This document shows positions 48,101-61,647 of a stretch of 64,000 nucleotides of DNA, one piece after another. The position numbers and the translations under genes are program-made. Each line of letters starts with the position of its first letter. Positions within the stretch are counted from its first letter, which is position 1. The notes below the pieces were generated by a model. The model was not told the DNA's origin, searched no databases, and was given only the letters and a program-made list of their open reading frames with translations. The DNA is from Takakia lepidozioides. Taxonomy: Eukaryota; Plantae; Bryophyta. The stretch covers positions 57,040,001 through 57,104,000 of the forward strand of contig CM060732.1 in assembly GCA_030704615.1 (NCBI GenBank). The letters are read 5' to 3'.

Positions 48101-50690
48101 CGAGTGGGTTTTATTGCTTGTGCAGAATTAGTTGTTATGTGATATGCAGGGCAGTGCTTTGTCCATATGCTCCTGGCATTTTGTACTGACAGTGTGTGGA
48201 TGGGCAAATACAGAAAAGACGCAAAGCGCGGAGCCCGTCACTGTCCGAGCTCGGGGCGGAGTGCAAGAACGCTGCGACTGGCACCCCATCAGAGTCTGTT
48301 TTGAGCCAGGTATGTTTTGAAGTCCGGTTTCCATTCATGAATCTGTTGTTGTACTAAGATTTGGTGGGTATGTGGGGCCCCCACGCATGGTACACGAGGG
48401 GTGTTATGCCAAACCTAGCCATCTCCGAATGCCTGAAATCCTGCACATTCGGCCTCTTCTTCTGGTTTTTAACAGTACGGTGGGTGTTTGTATGCGTAGG
48501 GAGCGGGGAACTCAATGGCAGCCCGCATCGGGGCCCTGGAGAGGCTTGCGGCTCTCTCTGCGGAGCGGGAGAGGGGAATGGAAGCACAACTGAAGAAGAT
48601 AGTGGAACTCATGATGGGGCAAAAAGGGGGTGTGACGGGTGGCATTATGGAAGACCCCCCTGCTGCGACCATTGTACCTGACAAGGAGGAAGTAATTGTA
48701 GTGGGTAGGGATGTGACAGAGGTCCGGGCTGTTGTTGATGATATTCACAGTGGGGGGCAGGGTCCACTCGTTGAAGAGGGAGAGGTCCAGCAAGTTGGTG
48801 GGGATGACATGGACGATGGGGGGACATGATGGGGGAAAAGGGGAAGCTGTAGGGGGAGAGGGTGGTAGTTTGCCTGGTCCAGGCTGCAGGGGGACCGAAA
48901 CTTTGCCCTCCGGGGTGACTGTTGTCTCCCAACCCACTGAGGTGAGACCCCGTGACACCCCTTCAAAAGCTCCTTTCATAGAAAAGTCGAAACTAATTGT
49001 TCTAGACCTGAACGGGATCCTGTGCCACTCTATTCCTAACTTTCAGCCCAACCCGAGGCGTCATTGGCCATGGGTGTTGACCACCAACAAGTATGTTTTC
49101 CCAAGGCCCCAGGTCTGCGAGTTTTTAAACCTTCTCTTCCGGTATTTCTACGTTGGGATATGGTCTGTGCTTCCAAGGGGAATGTTGCAGACATCTTCAA
49201 AGTGGTCATGCAGGGGGTCAAGGGTTCTCCCCTCTTTGTGTGGTCACAAGAGGAGTGTGACCCCTTGACAGAGCCACACCCCACAAAAGGGCCTGCCGTA
49301 CAGAACTTACAGAAGAGACTGTCGAGGGTGTGGTCGGAATTTTCTGGATTTAACGAATCCAACACCCTCCTAGTGGATGATTCACCACACAAGGGGAGGG
49401 GGAACTCCCCTTTGAACATGGTCCATCCATTGTCGTTTGATGTCACTGGCAATGTCAGTGAGGGGCCCGATTCAGACTACCTTTTAGAAACAGTCTGGCC
49501 CTACTGCCAAGATTTGTTTTGCTCCAAGGATGTGCGTGTCTTCACAAGCACGCGGAAGCTGACCCCGACTGGCAGCTTGAATGTGGGAGAGGATGGGGTC
49601 GTTGGGGGAAGTACTTCTGCGCCCATGCAGGTGAAACTAACCTTACTGTTTGCAACATGACATCGAAGCCAAAGTCCATGTTTGTTTTGTTCCCCCCGGA
49701 TGCCCTCTCACGCAAGGCTGGCACTATATGTTTTGCAGGGACCACATGTACAGGGAGTGGCAGTGGGGTCGAATGTGAAGAAGGTGGGTCCTGCGCCTAC
49801 GACCATAGTGCTACGGCGGCAGCATTCCGGATTCCCCCCCCGGCATGAGGAGGCAGCGCCCAAGGTATGGTTGTTCCCAGCCCCTCTCCGCAAACTTACT
49901 TGGTTGGTTTCCTTTATGGATACACTTCCTGAAGCGTTGCAATGTGTATTCATTGCAGGTGAGCAAGAGGAGTGGGCTGTCCCCGGCACCATCATCGCAG
50001 CAGGACGTGGTTCCCCAGGCATGCATTCATGGCTCCTTGCTTTGCCTGGCTGGTTTTTAGTAGGGTTATTTTTGCCAGGAAGTTGTAGTGCTAGGGTCTG
50101 AGCAGGGTGTTTGTTAGCTTGCTCCGTGGAGGTGTGTTTATACCATTGCAACCACCAGAGTTCATGTTATTCTTATCCGTCTGACTAAACCTCTTTTTGC
50201 TGCTGCAGTTGAAGACACGTGGGCAGCTTTCCTCAGTTGCCACCCTCAGCGACGAGCTTCGCTTCAAGGTACGTTGGTACACCGTGAATTGGCTGCTGAT
50301 TCAGTATTGTGGCAACCAAGATCGTTTCCATGCCCAGCTGCGCTTGACTTTCACCCTGTCATTGCTATGTTTGTTGCTGAGTGGACCCTGATGTTGGTGT
50401 CTGCAGATATCAGATCCTGTGTTTCTCCTGAACCCCCATGACAAGCGGTCAAAGACAGCCGCCGCCAAGGCGGAAGTGGTGGGAATAGCCGGGGTTGACA
50501 AGTTCCACTGCAAGGACATTCGATCCGGGTGGTACAAGGTGAAAGTCCACGAGATCATGCTTCCAAGTGTTACATTGCCTTGCCCAAATGTGGACGATGC
50601 CCCCCCCCCCAGACCACACTAGCGCACGTGAAAGGCACGGTGACTCTGTGGCCAGAGAAGAGTATGAGGAAAGGTGAAAGTATCAAGTGA
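45110..50690 (+). pseudogene. CACTA accessory (TnpA-like) multi-exon gene: Transposase_24-like domain, FCP1/NIF HAD phosphatase domain and TNP1-like C-terminal domain
   Basis: Exon 1 45110-45409 (GT at 45410). RPMNTEPAYWDKLVAYWES..KQARACVTNPSRWGRAG at ~47870-48030. KLIVLDLNGILCH..RPQVCEFL..VGIWS..NTLLVDDSPHK at 48990-49400. AEVVG..FHCKDIRSGWYKVKVHEIM..LP.PN..TVTLWPEK at 50420-50690. Confidence 0.7.
45498..46530 (-). mobile_element. LINE reverse transcriptase C-terminal fragment inserted in the first intron of the CACTA accessory gene
   Basis: FCKDYGMQVNLSKTKIMVF..EIVKSYRYLGL..LFDTVV.P...GCEFW..RFRVGSHNLRI, typical of non-LTR RT domains 6-7 and thumb. Confidence 0.85.
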
Positions 50691-52574
50691 CATTTCATGT
50701 TTGTAGTCCCTGTTGGGTGTGTAATGATACTCATAGAAGTGTGTATGATACTCACGTTACCAGTTTTGAACATTTGGGCCATGACAGTTTAAGTGATGTC
50801 CGGCAACCATGTATGTTGGCATTTAGTCTTGCTCATATGCAGGTGTGCCGTGACGGTCTCTAATTTGAATGTAATATCACATTTCCTGACTTGTCGTCGT
50901 GTCCGTCCACCTTCTATGTGTATGTGTGATGGTCTTTGGTCTCCCTTTGCCTCGTCTATTTGGTTCATTAGCGTGATGTTGTGCATGCATCGTGGTCTGT
51001 GTCTCAGTCTCGCCCAGTATCATTGCTTCTCAATTCCCCCTGCATATGGGTGAACCACTAAAACCAGTAGAATGCATCAGAACCATATTTTCAGCTTAGA
51101 ATGCAGGTCAGTTGGAAACTCACACAAACCACTACAAGTGCTCATTTTTCGTGCTTTCCTACTGTAGTGCAACCAACTAGCACAGTGGCAGCGGAGTTGG
51201 CCAAAGCAGTCCCGAGATGGCACAAGCACTCTGCGTCTTTCCACTAGCAGTCGTACCCGTCACTGCCATTGCGTGGGGACGACGCCACGCGTCGACCCAC
51301 ACACTCTCCACGTGGTCCCCGTGGATTCGTCTGCCGGAAGTTGTGCAGTTGACTTCGCCAGTGGCTGTTGCGACGTCACATGCAGCACTCCAAGTGATGT
51401 GGCCGACTGCGATGTGCGTCTTGGGCCCGTGGCCACGCGGCAGCATTGCCGCTCGTCGCGGCGCCGCCACATCGGCATCCACGTCGCATCCACGTCCGCG
51501 TCCATGTGTCACCGCGCCCCGGGTGAGTCAGTCCACTCATCCGGAGGGAAAAGTCAAAGTCAGCCCAAAAGGTCAGACACACGGGCGGCCCGCCTGGTTA
51601 CGCCACGTGGTTCTTCAGCATTAATCGCATTAATCGCTGAGCAGTTGTTCGCGCGTCTGCGTCCTTTACCACTCCAATCATTGGATGTCCAACCCAACTA
51701 CCACGTCTGTTGTAACTAGTGTTGTAACTTCCAGTCGATCCCACTTTTTTGACTTTTACGACTCAAAATGAGTCGTTACCCCAGTGGTAAATGACACGAA
51801 TGCTTCTAGTGCAAAGACCAGAGGCAGATGCGACTGATGTGGGAAAGGGGAAGAGACACCTGGGAGTACTCCAAATATCCAAGAACGCGTTGTGCGAGAC
51901 AGTGTACACAATCTGGACAGCTCTTCCTCCAGTTCCGATAACACCACGAATCAAAATCCGGCTTCTCCAGGGGGGCACGAAGCGACATCGATGGAGTTAG
52001 TTGGAACCTTAGGTCAAGGGTTCACACCTGTGGAAGGTGACGAGCCAGATCCCGTTAACAATCCTTGCAAGGTGGTGTCCTAGAATGTTACCGAGGAAGT
52101 GGTTATGGATGTAGGTAACGAATGACAATTAGAGAATTTTTATTCGTACATACTTCAGAATAGAATATGACAATATTGAAATTACTTGTGAGTGGATCCC
52201 TTATTTCGAATCAATAAAACATATTTCCACCTGGATACATATTTCTGTTTGCACATCCTTGAGGACAACCACTAACTGTTTCAATACTTTTCTTGTAGAT
52301 CCAAGAATCCCAATCGGAGGAAATGACACACGCACGAACTGGCTCATACGAGACTCAAACGGTGAAGAGACACGTGGATCTAACAGTGAGGGTCAGGTCA
52401 CCTGAGCCGGTTCCGCAAGTAACTTCCACTGTCTGGTCGACGTTGCCATCTGCAGGGAATGAGTCGAAGAATCCTCCTACTCGCGGGGAAGGAGAAGAGA
52501 CAAAGCAGCACAAACGCGTAATCCAATAACAGATCCCGATTCGGGTACTACATTGGCTTTATTCTTATAAGTCT

Positions 52575-53240
52575 TATTATTTCCTTGGCCATCTGTTGTC
52601 TACTGCAAGCATCAGTCCTGATCCTGCCAAGGTACAGTGCGTCTGGGCCTTTCCCACTCCTCGTGATAAGAATTGTATTCGTGCTTTTCTTGGACTAGCC
52701 TCCTATTATCGCCGGTTTATTAAACACTTTGCCAAGATAGCTGCAGCACTAAATTGTTTGCTTTGCAAGGATGTTAGGTTCAGCTGGGGGGGCTCATGAG
52801 ATTAATGCCTTTGAAAAGCTTAAGATCGCACTCATTAGTGCTCCCATTCTCATCTTTCCCGACTTCTCCCAGCCTTTTATCCTTCAAACTGATGCCTCTG
52901 ACATGGCCGTCTCTGCGATCCTTTGTAAAAAACGGGAGGGTCGTGAACATGTGGTTGCTTATGCCTCTCGTAGGCTGGACAAGCATGAGCGTAACTACAA
53001 CAATACTGACAAAGAAAGCTTGGCTGTAATTTTTGGTGTTAAGCACTTTTGTCAATATCTGCATGGCTGTCCTTTTGTTGTTGAAACTGACCACTTACCT
53101 TTGAAGGCCCTCAAGACTCCTCGTGAGTTATCTGGCAGGCTTGCTCGCTACTGACCTTGCAGATGTTTGAATATGATATCCGTTACAAGAAGAGCAAGGC
53201 CAACTCGAACGCTGATGCTCTCACTCGTGGAGAGACTAAG
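52575..53240 (+). mobile_element. Isolated Ty3/Gypsy RT-connection/RNase H fragment of another family
   Basis: FLGH..ISPDPAKV..RAFLGLASYYRRFIKHFAKIA..FILQTDASD..VVAYASR..VETDHLPLK..GRLARY..NADALTR. Confidence 0.85.
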
Positions 53241-53307
53241 TCCCCTCGACCCTACTCTTCCCTTGATGATCGTGCTCGCACTCTTCCTTCAAGAATACCA
53301 AATCATA

Positions 53308-53550
53308 CACTAGAAGCATTCGTGTCTTTTCCGAATCGACTGCATGTCCAAAACCACTGAGGGAACAACTTTGAGATGTTTGTTACTACTGCACAGTCGT
53401 AACGGATAAATTCGTATTTCTAATGGCGGATAGAAGTTGCATCAATGACTCCGCAGTCGGCGCAATATTCGCGGCGATTTAATTCAATTACGTAAATTGT
53501 TTTTTTTTAAAACAACAATTACAATTGGTTTTAAGCACTAGAGAACGACT
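53308..53550 (+). repeat. Dispersed repeat, second copy (see 37220-37470)
   Basis: Collinear similarity to 37220-37470. Confidence 0.75.
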
Positions 53551-54159
53551 CTTAACAACTAGGCATTCATTGCACACCCTATTCAAAAATGGAATTTTTA
53601 TAAGTGCTCCACATGGATCATGACGTGGAATATTTTAATGTATTTTAGGGCTTGTGTGGCTCGTAGAGATTTTTCTAATCGTCGGATGTAAAATGATCTA
53701 AGGATGGAAGAGTAACTTTGTCCTTTGCCTGAATTTGTCTAAGTGTTGGGAGAGGGATAGAGGCTTGGGAGAGAGACGAGTAAGTGATGCGAGAAGGACG
53801 AAGACCAAATCGAGGCCCATGTCCTGTTGTTGCAAGCGTTTATGGCGTCAGGGGCGCATTATGTGCAAATGTGGGCTCTTGGCTCCCCTTTGTACCATGA
53901 TTTGGTATTCTTCCTGATGTTCACAAGGTTCTTGGGGGAATCAGCTTGGTCTTAGCAGCCCATATTTAAATCTCTGCCCGCTCAGCTGCACCGTGGTGGT
54001 TACTACGGACCAATCCCACATTACCTGACTACAGATACAAGCAGCACGCACAAGAGGTCTTCTTGGGTTCATGGTCAGTCTAATCCGCAATGGGTCATGA
54101 CACAAGGTAGAGGACAATGTGGTGAGGGCACCTTCTTCTTCGACCTATTTCAGCCTGTT

Positions 54160-54995
54160 TTGCCGAGATGTAGTGTCGTGGAGTGCGATGCTTGCAGGGT
54201 ATGCACAGCAGGGACGTGGGATGGAGGCTTTGGAGACCTATGAAGTTGCGAAGGGAGAGTTTGATAACATGGCTGAACGAGATGTTGTCTCGTGGATCAC
54301 GCTGAATCTCGCAAGATATGGCCAGCATGTGTGCGGGATGAGGGCATTGGAGACATATGAGCAAATGTTGCGAGAAAGGGTGCAAGAAGGGGTGCAGCCT
54401 GACTGGGTCACGTTCATTTGTGTTTGCAATGCATGTGCAAACTTGGCAGCCCTGGGGACTTGGAGACCTGGTAAAGGGCAAAGAGGTCCATCGTTACATC
54501 GTTAAAGCTGGAATTGTACCAGATGTAACAATACCTCGTCGACATGTATGCCAAACGTGGGAGCATTCCCTTGTGGACAATGAGTGTTCAATAATAGGGC
54601 TGAGCGAAATGTGGTGTGGTGGAACGTGATGATCGCAGGACTTGCACAACATGGGCGGGGATTGCGGGGTTTGGAGACCTATGAGCAAATGATGTGGGTC
54701 TAGGGGGTGAAGCCCGAGCACATTACGTTTGTTTGTGTTTGTAGTGCATGTGCGAGCCTGCTGGAGAAGGGCAAAGAGGTCCATGGTTGCATCGTCAAAG
54801 CTGGAATTGTGGTAGATGTCATTCTGAACAATACCCTTCTGGATAGGGAGTGTTCAACAATATGGTTGAGCGAAATGTGGTGTCGTGGAAAGTGATAATC
54901 GCAGGACATGCACAACAGGGGCGGGGACTGCAGGTTTTGGAGACCTATGAGCAGTTGATGTGGGAGGGGGTGAAGTCCGACCACATTACGTTCAG
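54160..54995 (+). pseudogene. PLS-class pentatricopeptide repeat gene remnant
   Basis: Repeated (E)RDVVSW.AM.AGYAQ.GRG.EALE.YEQM..EGV.PD..TF.CV..ACA.L..GKEVH..IVKAG units, with multiple frameshifts. Confidence 0.85.
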
Positions 54996-56894
54996 AGAGT
55001 TCAAATGCCTCTCCACCATGACCTTGCTTAGCTAACCATGCCTTGCTGATGTTGTTGTCTTGCACTTGAGCTGTTTTTGGACACTGGCTGGAACATCCAC
55101 AAGGCGGCTCTGCTCGAGAGAGAAATTAGCTTGAATGCAGGGGCAGATTTTGAGATCACAATCACCACTCAGAGCGCTGTTCTATGCACCGGCATGGCAT
55201 GTCAGCATGCATATCAGCCCAAACTCATTACTCCATGAGCCTTCCACTGCCGGAGTGTGCCCATTCAAGCCAGATCTTCGAAACGTAGGGATGGAACGGG
55301 GTTTTGAAACCAACATTGCCCAACTGGTGCCCAATTCAGCTCCGCATCTTGGTCCATTACTCTGCTGCACATTGTGAAGTTTTCTGCCCGTTCACCGCAA
55401 GTTGAAGAAGGAGTATTCTTAAAACACGGGTACTCATAATCCGAAAATGGCTCCAGCTTATGTTGCTTGAGTGCGAATATGAGTGTGGTTGGCTTGGCAG
55501 CTTTATATCTGGTCCATCCCACTCGATATGATGAGCAGGTTCAGCTTGACTTCTCTCACACAAAAGATGCGCCAAGATGGGGTTTGCTGCCCTAGATGAC
55601 TTCCCGTCGTTATTCTGGGCTGCAACATACAATTAATCTGGCCCATGGCGAGGGGCCTTGCCTTCCACCAATCATCTGTAAGTCCTATGAAACTGGTTTG
55701 TGGCAGTTTGTAAGTAGTGGGCAGCGATGGTGGGCTGTTGTAGGATTTGATGAACTCAATGTCGTGTGCTGACAGCAACCTCTCATCTCTTATGCAAGCA
55801 TTCAACAAGCCAAGTTGACTGCAGAGCATATGCAACCCCCCATGTTTCTAGTTGCCTAATGTTCTTCATGTCAAGTTATTTTACCACTAGTGTGAAACTA
55901 GCTAGGAAATAGCTAGCTTTTACATATTGACATTTGGGATTGGCCCAAGTGTCAATCCAGGGGTCAAGGCAGATTTAGGCCCTGGAGTGGTTATCTTCAC
56001 GGCAAGCGCGGAGGCTCATCTTTCTCGAGTTGAGCCTCACCGCCTAGCTATGGCGCCGTAGTGTGGATTCCCCATGGCGTGGGGTGCACTTGGCTTGACT
56101 TGTATTTGAGTGATGAGGTTATATATGCATGAGTTTATGCTTCAGCTTTGTGAGCTCGTGCTTGTATTCTTCTTCTTTATCACTCGAGAAAGATCAGCTC
56201 GTATCTATGAGTGCTAGATACGAGTTAGTTGTAGCACTTGTGGTTTTTGCTTGAGAATGAGAGAAACCAAGTTGTTATGCAAGGAGCACCGTGGAGCTCT
56301 TGGTTGTTAGAAGCGGAGGCGATGTGGGTTACGAGGTGGTAAACCTGGCATTCGATCTTCAGCTTCAGAGATGAAAGCACCATGCTGCAGGTAATTCCAG
56401 AGCACCTTGATGGTTTCAGATTGTGTACATGCATGAGCAAGCACGATTGGGAAGAGGACCAGTCAAGAGCAGGTTATAGTGGCTTTGGTGGCAAAGCTGA
56501 GAACTGGACTTGGGAATGCGAGCTTTCATTGTGTGAAGGATTGCAAGACCAAGCGAAAGGGCTGATTTGGCTTGGGGCAAATCAGTGCACTTTGTGGAGT
56601 ATGGTGAGATTGGGTTTCAATCTCGAGCTTCAGCATTGAGAGGGCTCTTGTCATGGCAAGAGCAGGGCTGGAACAGGAGCTAAGAGGTGCGGCAAGGCCA
56701 TGGAATGTGCACCTAGGGTTTCAGAGCTTGGAAGAAGAGCTCTTGCACCACAAGAGAAGTGTCTTGTGGCTGGAAATGTAAGCCTTAGGGTTTCAGGAGC
56801 TTGGCAAAGGCTGTGGAGTGCTTAGTCTTGTCTTAGAGAGCATCAAGGAGCCAAGGAGCCAAGATAGGGGGCTGATATCTCTTGTGTGAAGGGT

Positions 56895-58085
56895 TGCATG
56901 TGTGGAGCATGCTATCAGCCTGGTGAAGGCTTGCACTTTCAGGTGTGGGAGTGCAAGAAAGGAAGGAAGGGGCTGGTTTCCCTGTAGGGCATGTGGAGCA
57001 TGCTTTCAGCCTGCTGAAGCTTGTATTTTCAGGTTTGTGGGTGCAAGAAATGAAGCAAAGGAGCTGATTCTCTTATGGTGAGAGTGGGGCATGTGTGGAG
57101 CATGCCTTCAGCCCATTGAGGCTCTTGTTTTCAAGCTTAGAGAGCTAGAACGGAAGGTCTAGGGCTGGTTTCCACTTGGAGTGAAAGAAAAGCACTTGTA
57201 GGGCCTATGTGAGTTGGGGTTTCAACTTCAAGCTTGAAGGGAGCGCAACTCTTGAAGCACAGGTGTAGGGGGCTGGAATAGGCTCTAAGACAGATGCTAT
57301 GGCCAAGGAGAGTGCTTGAATGAGTGCTCACAAGGGCTGGGAACCAGCAGGGCTTGGTTGTTTGCCATTGAGTTTAGTGGCGTGTTTGGGGAGGCTAAGT
57401 GAGAAAGAAGGCTTGGTTTGTGGCAACCACCTCATGGCTTAGGGCTACTATGGTGGTGTGTGGGAGCCGAAAGAGCAAGATACCTTGCTGATTTCCTCAC
57501 AGCCACCATAGCTCGGTGGAAAGAAGCCTAGAGTCCAAGAGACACAAACCCTAGCTTGGCGTGGCTAAACCCCTTGGAGAAATGGCTAAACTGCCCCTGT
57601 GGGCCCTGTGACACCCCCCCTTGCCCCTGTGACCCTAAAAGGCTGTGAAGGGGCTGTGACACCCAAAAAATGGCTTGCCGGCCCCCGGCCCTGTGGGCGG
57701 CTGTGAAAGGCGCCCAAAATTGTGAGTGAGAGGCTGTGACGGGCTGTGACATAGGCTGTTCCCCCGGCTGTGAAAATTGTAAAGGCCCTGTGATGAACCA
57801 ATGGTTGTGCGGCTGTGAGGCCGGCTGTGACATGAAGACAGGCCCAAGGCTGTGAGGGCGACCCTGTAGGGCCCTGTGAAAAGAAAAAAGGCAATGGGGC
57901 TGTGATGTGAGGGCTGTGAAGAATGAGGCCTGTTGTGAAGGCAAGGCCCTGTTGCCTGAGGCCCTGTTGTGAGGGGCTTGACCTGTTGCCACGAAATGAC
58001 AAGACTGTGAGACCAGTGAGCTGTGTGGGCCTGTGCTGGTCTGTGGTGGCCCGTGTTGACCTGTGGACGGCCTGTGCTGACTCGT
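56895..58085. repeat. Tandem repeat arrays in leader of copy 2
   Basis: Three GCATGTG(TG)GAGCATGC..CAGCC units at ~56895-57140 and dense CTGTG(A) units at ~57590-58085. Confidence 0.7.
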
Positions 58086-58742
58086 GGAGGCACTGGGACT
58101 GCCTAAGGACTGGCATGTGGTCTGGAAGGCCGAATTTTGAAGCTCGTGGAGGGCGGTTTGAGGAGTATCTTCATGATATTCCCATGGTCATGCAAGTGAG
58201 GGAAGAGAGGAGAGGAAGAGTGTTGGGATGAGGGCATGCTGGGGTTAGGCATTGCTTTAGCTTCTCTTCCTCGTAGTTTCCACCCTCTCATTAGGCCAAG
58301 ACCTTTCCGTAGGTGGAGGCAAGAGTCAGGGGTTTGGGCTGGGGTGTCCTTGCAGGAGCAACACCGTGGAGTTGTTTTTGGTGTGGGGGAGTTGTCGTTC
58401 TGATTTCTTGTGTTTGGATCCCCTCCATACCTGCATGCTTGACTGTGCGCCATGCTAGTTTTGTGTGGGCGCTTGTTTTTATAGGTGATTGGTCCGGATT
58501 TGATCACCGGCCAGTAGAGCATGCTGTCGATGGTGAGGCTGGGGTGATGACCAGCCAGACCATCATTGTTTCTCCTGTGGTGAGGTTGGAGGTGATGACC
58601 AGCCAACCATAGGAGTGCTTGCGGTGGATGCAGGTACAGGTGTAGGCTATGTTAGGAACTTAGTATTCCAAACCATAAGCCGCAACAGGTTCTCTACCCG
58701 GTTACCTTGTGGAGAGGGGGTTAGGGACATGTTCATGACCGG

Positions 58743-61290
58743 TTGAGTGTCAACACGGAGGTGCCACTAGTTGCTGGGGACAGTGCCGGTTCGAGCACTA
58801 GCGATACTAGTGGGTACACGAGACGAGGTGTGCGGTTTAGGCCACCTTCACCTCCTGTGTCTTCTACGGAAGGTTCTGATTCGGATTGTGAATCAGGAGG
58901 ACTCATACCGGCGGTGCAAGTTGTTTCTTTGCCATTGTTGTGGGACACAATGGAGGAGATGTATGGAGCTACCAAGGGGCCACGAAGGTACTCTGGGGCG
59001 GTGGGCACCATCGAGTTGGATGATTTTATCCAAGAGTTTGATAGTTGGTGTGATTTGCAGCAAATGCGCAATCCACAACTATTTACGCCTTTCATGGCAT
59101 GGAAGGGGCTGTTTCAGCACCTTGAGGGGCCGCCTATGGATGATTACCATGAGGGCGGGGGCATGAGGTTGAGATCGAGGAGTGGAGACTGGTCACCCGA
59201 CTATGTCTCCATCACTAGGGGCACTAGAGCCACGAGGGCAGTGGCTACACCTGCCGCTGCACCGGCAGCTTCAGCAAGCAGCACTGGGACTGGTGGTACA
59301 GTAGCTACGACGTCCACCCAAGCCACTACCGCACCAGCACTAGCACCCGTGCCTGCCTTCAACCCTGTTGTGGAGTTCTTCGAAGAGTTGAGAGGGAACT
59401 ACCAAGGGGTGAGGACAGAGAAGTTGCGGAGCTTGCAAGAGTTCCAACGGAAGCCGACCGAGAGCTTGAGGGAGGCTTTCACTCGCATGAGGCGCTTGAT
59501 AAATGTAACCCAAGGGGTTACGGAAGCTCAGGCAGTCCAATTCTGGTATGGGATATTGGACAAGGAGCTGAGGAGAAGGGTGCGGGATGCAACTCTCCTA
59601 CAAGCGGCCCAACCCACCTTAGCAAATGTGTTTTTGCTGGCAGAGCGGATAGAGCTCAACATGGTGGAGGAACGAGTGGTCATGGTGGGATTTGCTAAGG
59701 AGACACCACGGGGTAGTGGTGCTCCTAGCCAACCACTACCTCAACGTGCTCAAGGCAACAAGGGGGCTCAGGTGAAGCTCAGGGAAGGGCAGAGAGGACC
59801 TCAGATGCAGGGGTCTCTCCCTTCATTTGCTGGCCAACAACGGGCGGATGTGGTGTGCTGGACATGTGGAGGACCCCATGTCAAGAAGGATTGCCCAGAG
59901 GGAGGCAAAGGGCCGGCACATGCACAGCCTGCACAGTTGCAGTGTGGGCATTGTGGCAAGCACGGGCATGGAGGCCCAGTGTTATGGTTTGCATCCTGAG
60001 TTGCGCCCAGGCCAGTTCCAAGGGAACAATGGTGGCCGGGGGCGAGGTGGAGCAGCCCAGAGAGGACGAGGTGGCCAGCCACGAGGCCAAGGGCAAGCTC
60101 AACGTGGCCAAGGACGCGGGAGGTCAGGGTGTTGACCAAGGCATGGCCAACCGGCTTCAGCAGCTAGAGCAGAGGCTCGCTGCCATGGCTACAGCTCAGG
60201 TGGTACCGGCTCTAAGGCCGGATGGTCCACCTCCTGCTCCTGAGGGAGAGATATGGGAGGCATGGGATTCATGTGTGGAGCAGCACTACCACTAGTGCAG
60301 GTGGAGTCTGCTGCAGCCGTGACTCGAGGAGCAGCACGAGTTCCTGAGCCACGAGGTGCAGAGGTGGAGTTGGATCCACAGCGTGGGGAGGCAAGCCGTC
60401 AGGCTAGGCTTCCTCAGTCATTCACATTGGCGGAGACAGTGTCGACGCATCCATGGCACCTAGTTCTCGCCCGACTGTTACCGAGGCGGAGGTTACTATG
60501 CCATTGGGGAGAGCTACACGGGTAGCACCACTACCTAGTGTTGCCAAGGCTACGGCAGCTAGTGTGCTGCTAGGAGCGGCCACATCTGTGTGCCAGGCTC
60601 CATTGTTCTCGGCTACCATGATTGCGACGCCGGGGGTAAGACCAGCTGAGGTGTTCAGGCTGGCAGCTACACTCTGTGAGAGTGGGGAGGTTACTTCATC
60701 TTCTGCGGAGATAGTGGGAGGTGTAGTGCCGGAGGGGATCCTCGGATTTGAGGGTCAAGACTGCCACGGCGGCGCCATGGCAAGCTGCAGCTGCCAGGTT
60801 GATGGAGCTGCCAGCTAGGCCAGCCATTGAGCGCGCCATGGTGACTGGAGTTGTCATGTTAGACAACCAGGATGGCATTTTCTGTTTGAGTGGACCGGCA
60901 GGCAAGAGGTACCGGCCACTGCGGGTCTTGTTGGACTCGGGAGCTCAGCCATTGATGCTGGGCAGAGCTGCTATTGCAGGCTTGGGCCTCACGGAGGCGG
61001 ATATGGAGCCTTGTCCTTTCCAGATACAGACGTCTCTGGGAGGATCGGAGCAGGCTCGGGGCATGACACGGCGTGAGTTGGCTATCAGACTACGGCCGGA
61101 TCACCCTACAGATGGCTCAGTGATGCGAGCCAAGGCCATTGTGACAGACGCAGTCTCATACGATGTCCTGGTTGGTGGGGCAGTGTTGTACCCCATGGGC
61201 TTCACCCTGGATTTTTGGGAGGAGTCAGCTTCCTATAGGCCTGCATGGCAGTCAGGGGAGGGCCGGCGTGTGCAGCTCCCTGTGACGTTC
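58743..61290 (+). pseudogene. Copy 2 gag and aspartic protease (frameshifted)
   Basis: 418-aa ORF with FIQEFDSWCD, QRKPTESLREAFTR and knuckles CWTCGGPHVKKDC and CGHCGKHGH. Protease RVLLDSGAQ..YDVLVGG. Confidence 0.88.
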
Positions 61291-61647
61291 ATAGGAGGAG
61301 TTGCGGTTGCCCAGCGAGGCAAGATGCCGACACTAGCAGCATTCACAGCGGCAGTGAGTTGGCCTAGAGAGTTGCTTGAGGGCAATGCTCATTCAGAGGA
61401 TGTACCACCTCCGGGAGAGCAGGATGACATGTATGGTATGGCGGGAGTTGCCTACCATGGTTGCTCAGACTCCATTGTGGGGCACGAGCAAGGATTTGCA
61501 GCGGGATGCTGATCGACGGTGCAACAAGCCTGGGTGGAGGCTTTTGTACCGTCAGGAGAGGAGGAGAGTGTGGGGATTGCACCAGGACCACCTCAATTGT
61601 CTCCATTGGACACCACACCTATTGTGTGGCAGTATCCGGATGAAGGC

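Larger units (their letters stand above)
39544..51721. mobile_element. CACTA/En-Spm DNA transposon (left end not found); right terminus ...GTAACTAGTG at 51721
   Basis: Transposase_21/DUF4218/DUF4216-type transposase on -, TnpA-like gene on +, GC-rich CCACGT-type subterminal repeats at ~51200-51660, terminal TAGTG at 51717-51721. Confidence 0.8.

Noticed and set aside
51177-51719. Overlapping ORFs of 110-150 aa
   Set aside because: Artefacts of GC-rich CACTA subterminal repeats.
55100-55840. Minus-strand ORF fragments next to the PPR remnant
   Set aside because: No recognisable domain; cannot support a call.
57528-58231. Long ORFs on both strands in the copy 2 leader (and 27056-27447 in copy 1)
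   Set aside because: They arise from tandem repeats and are not conserved between the two copies.
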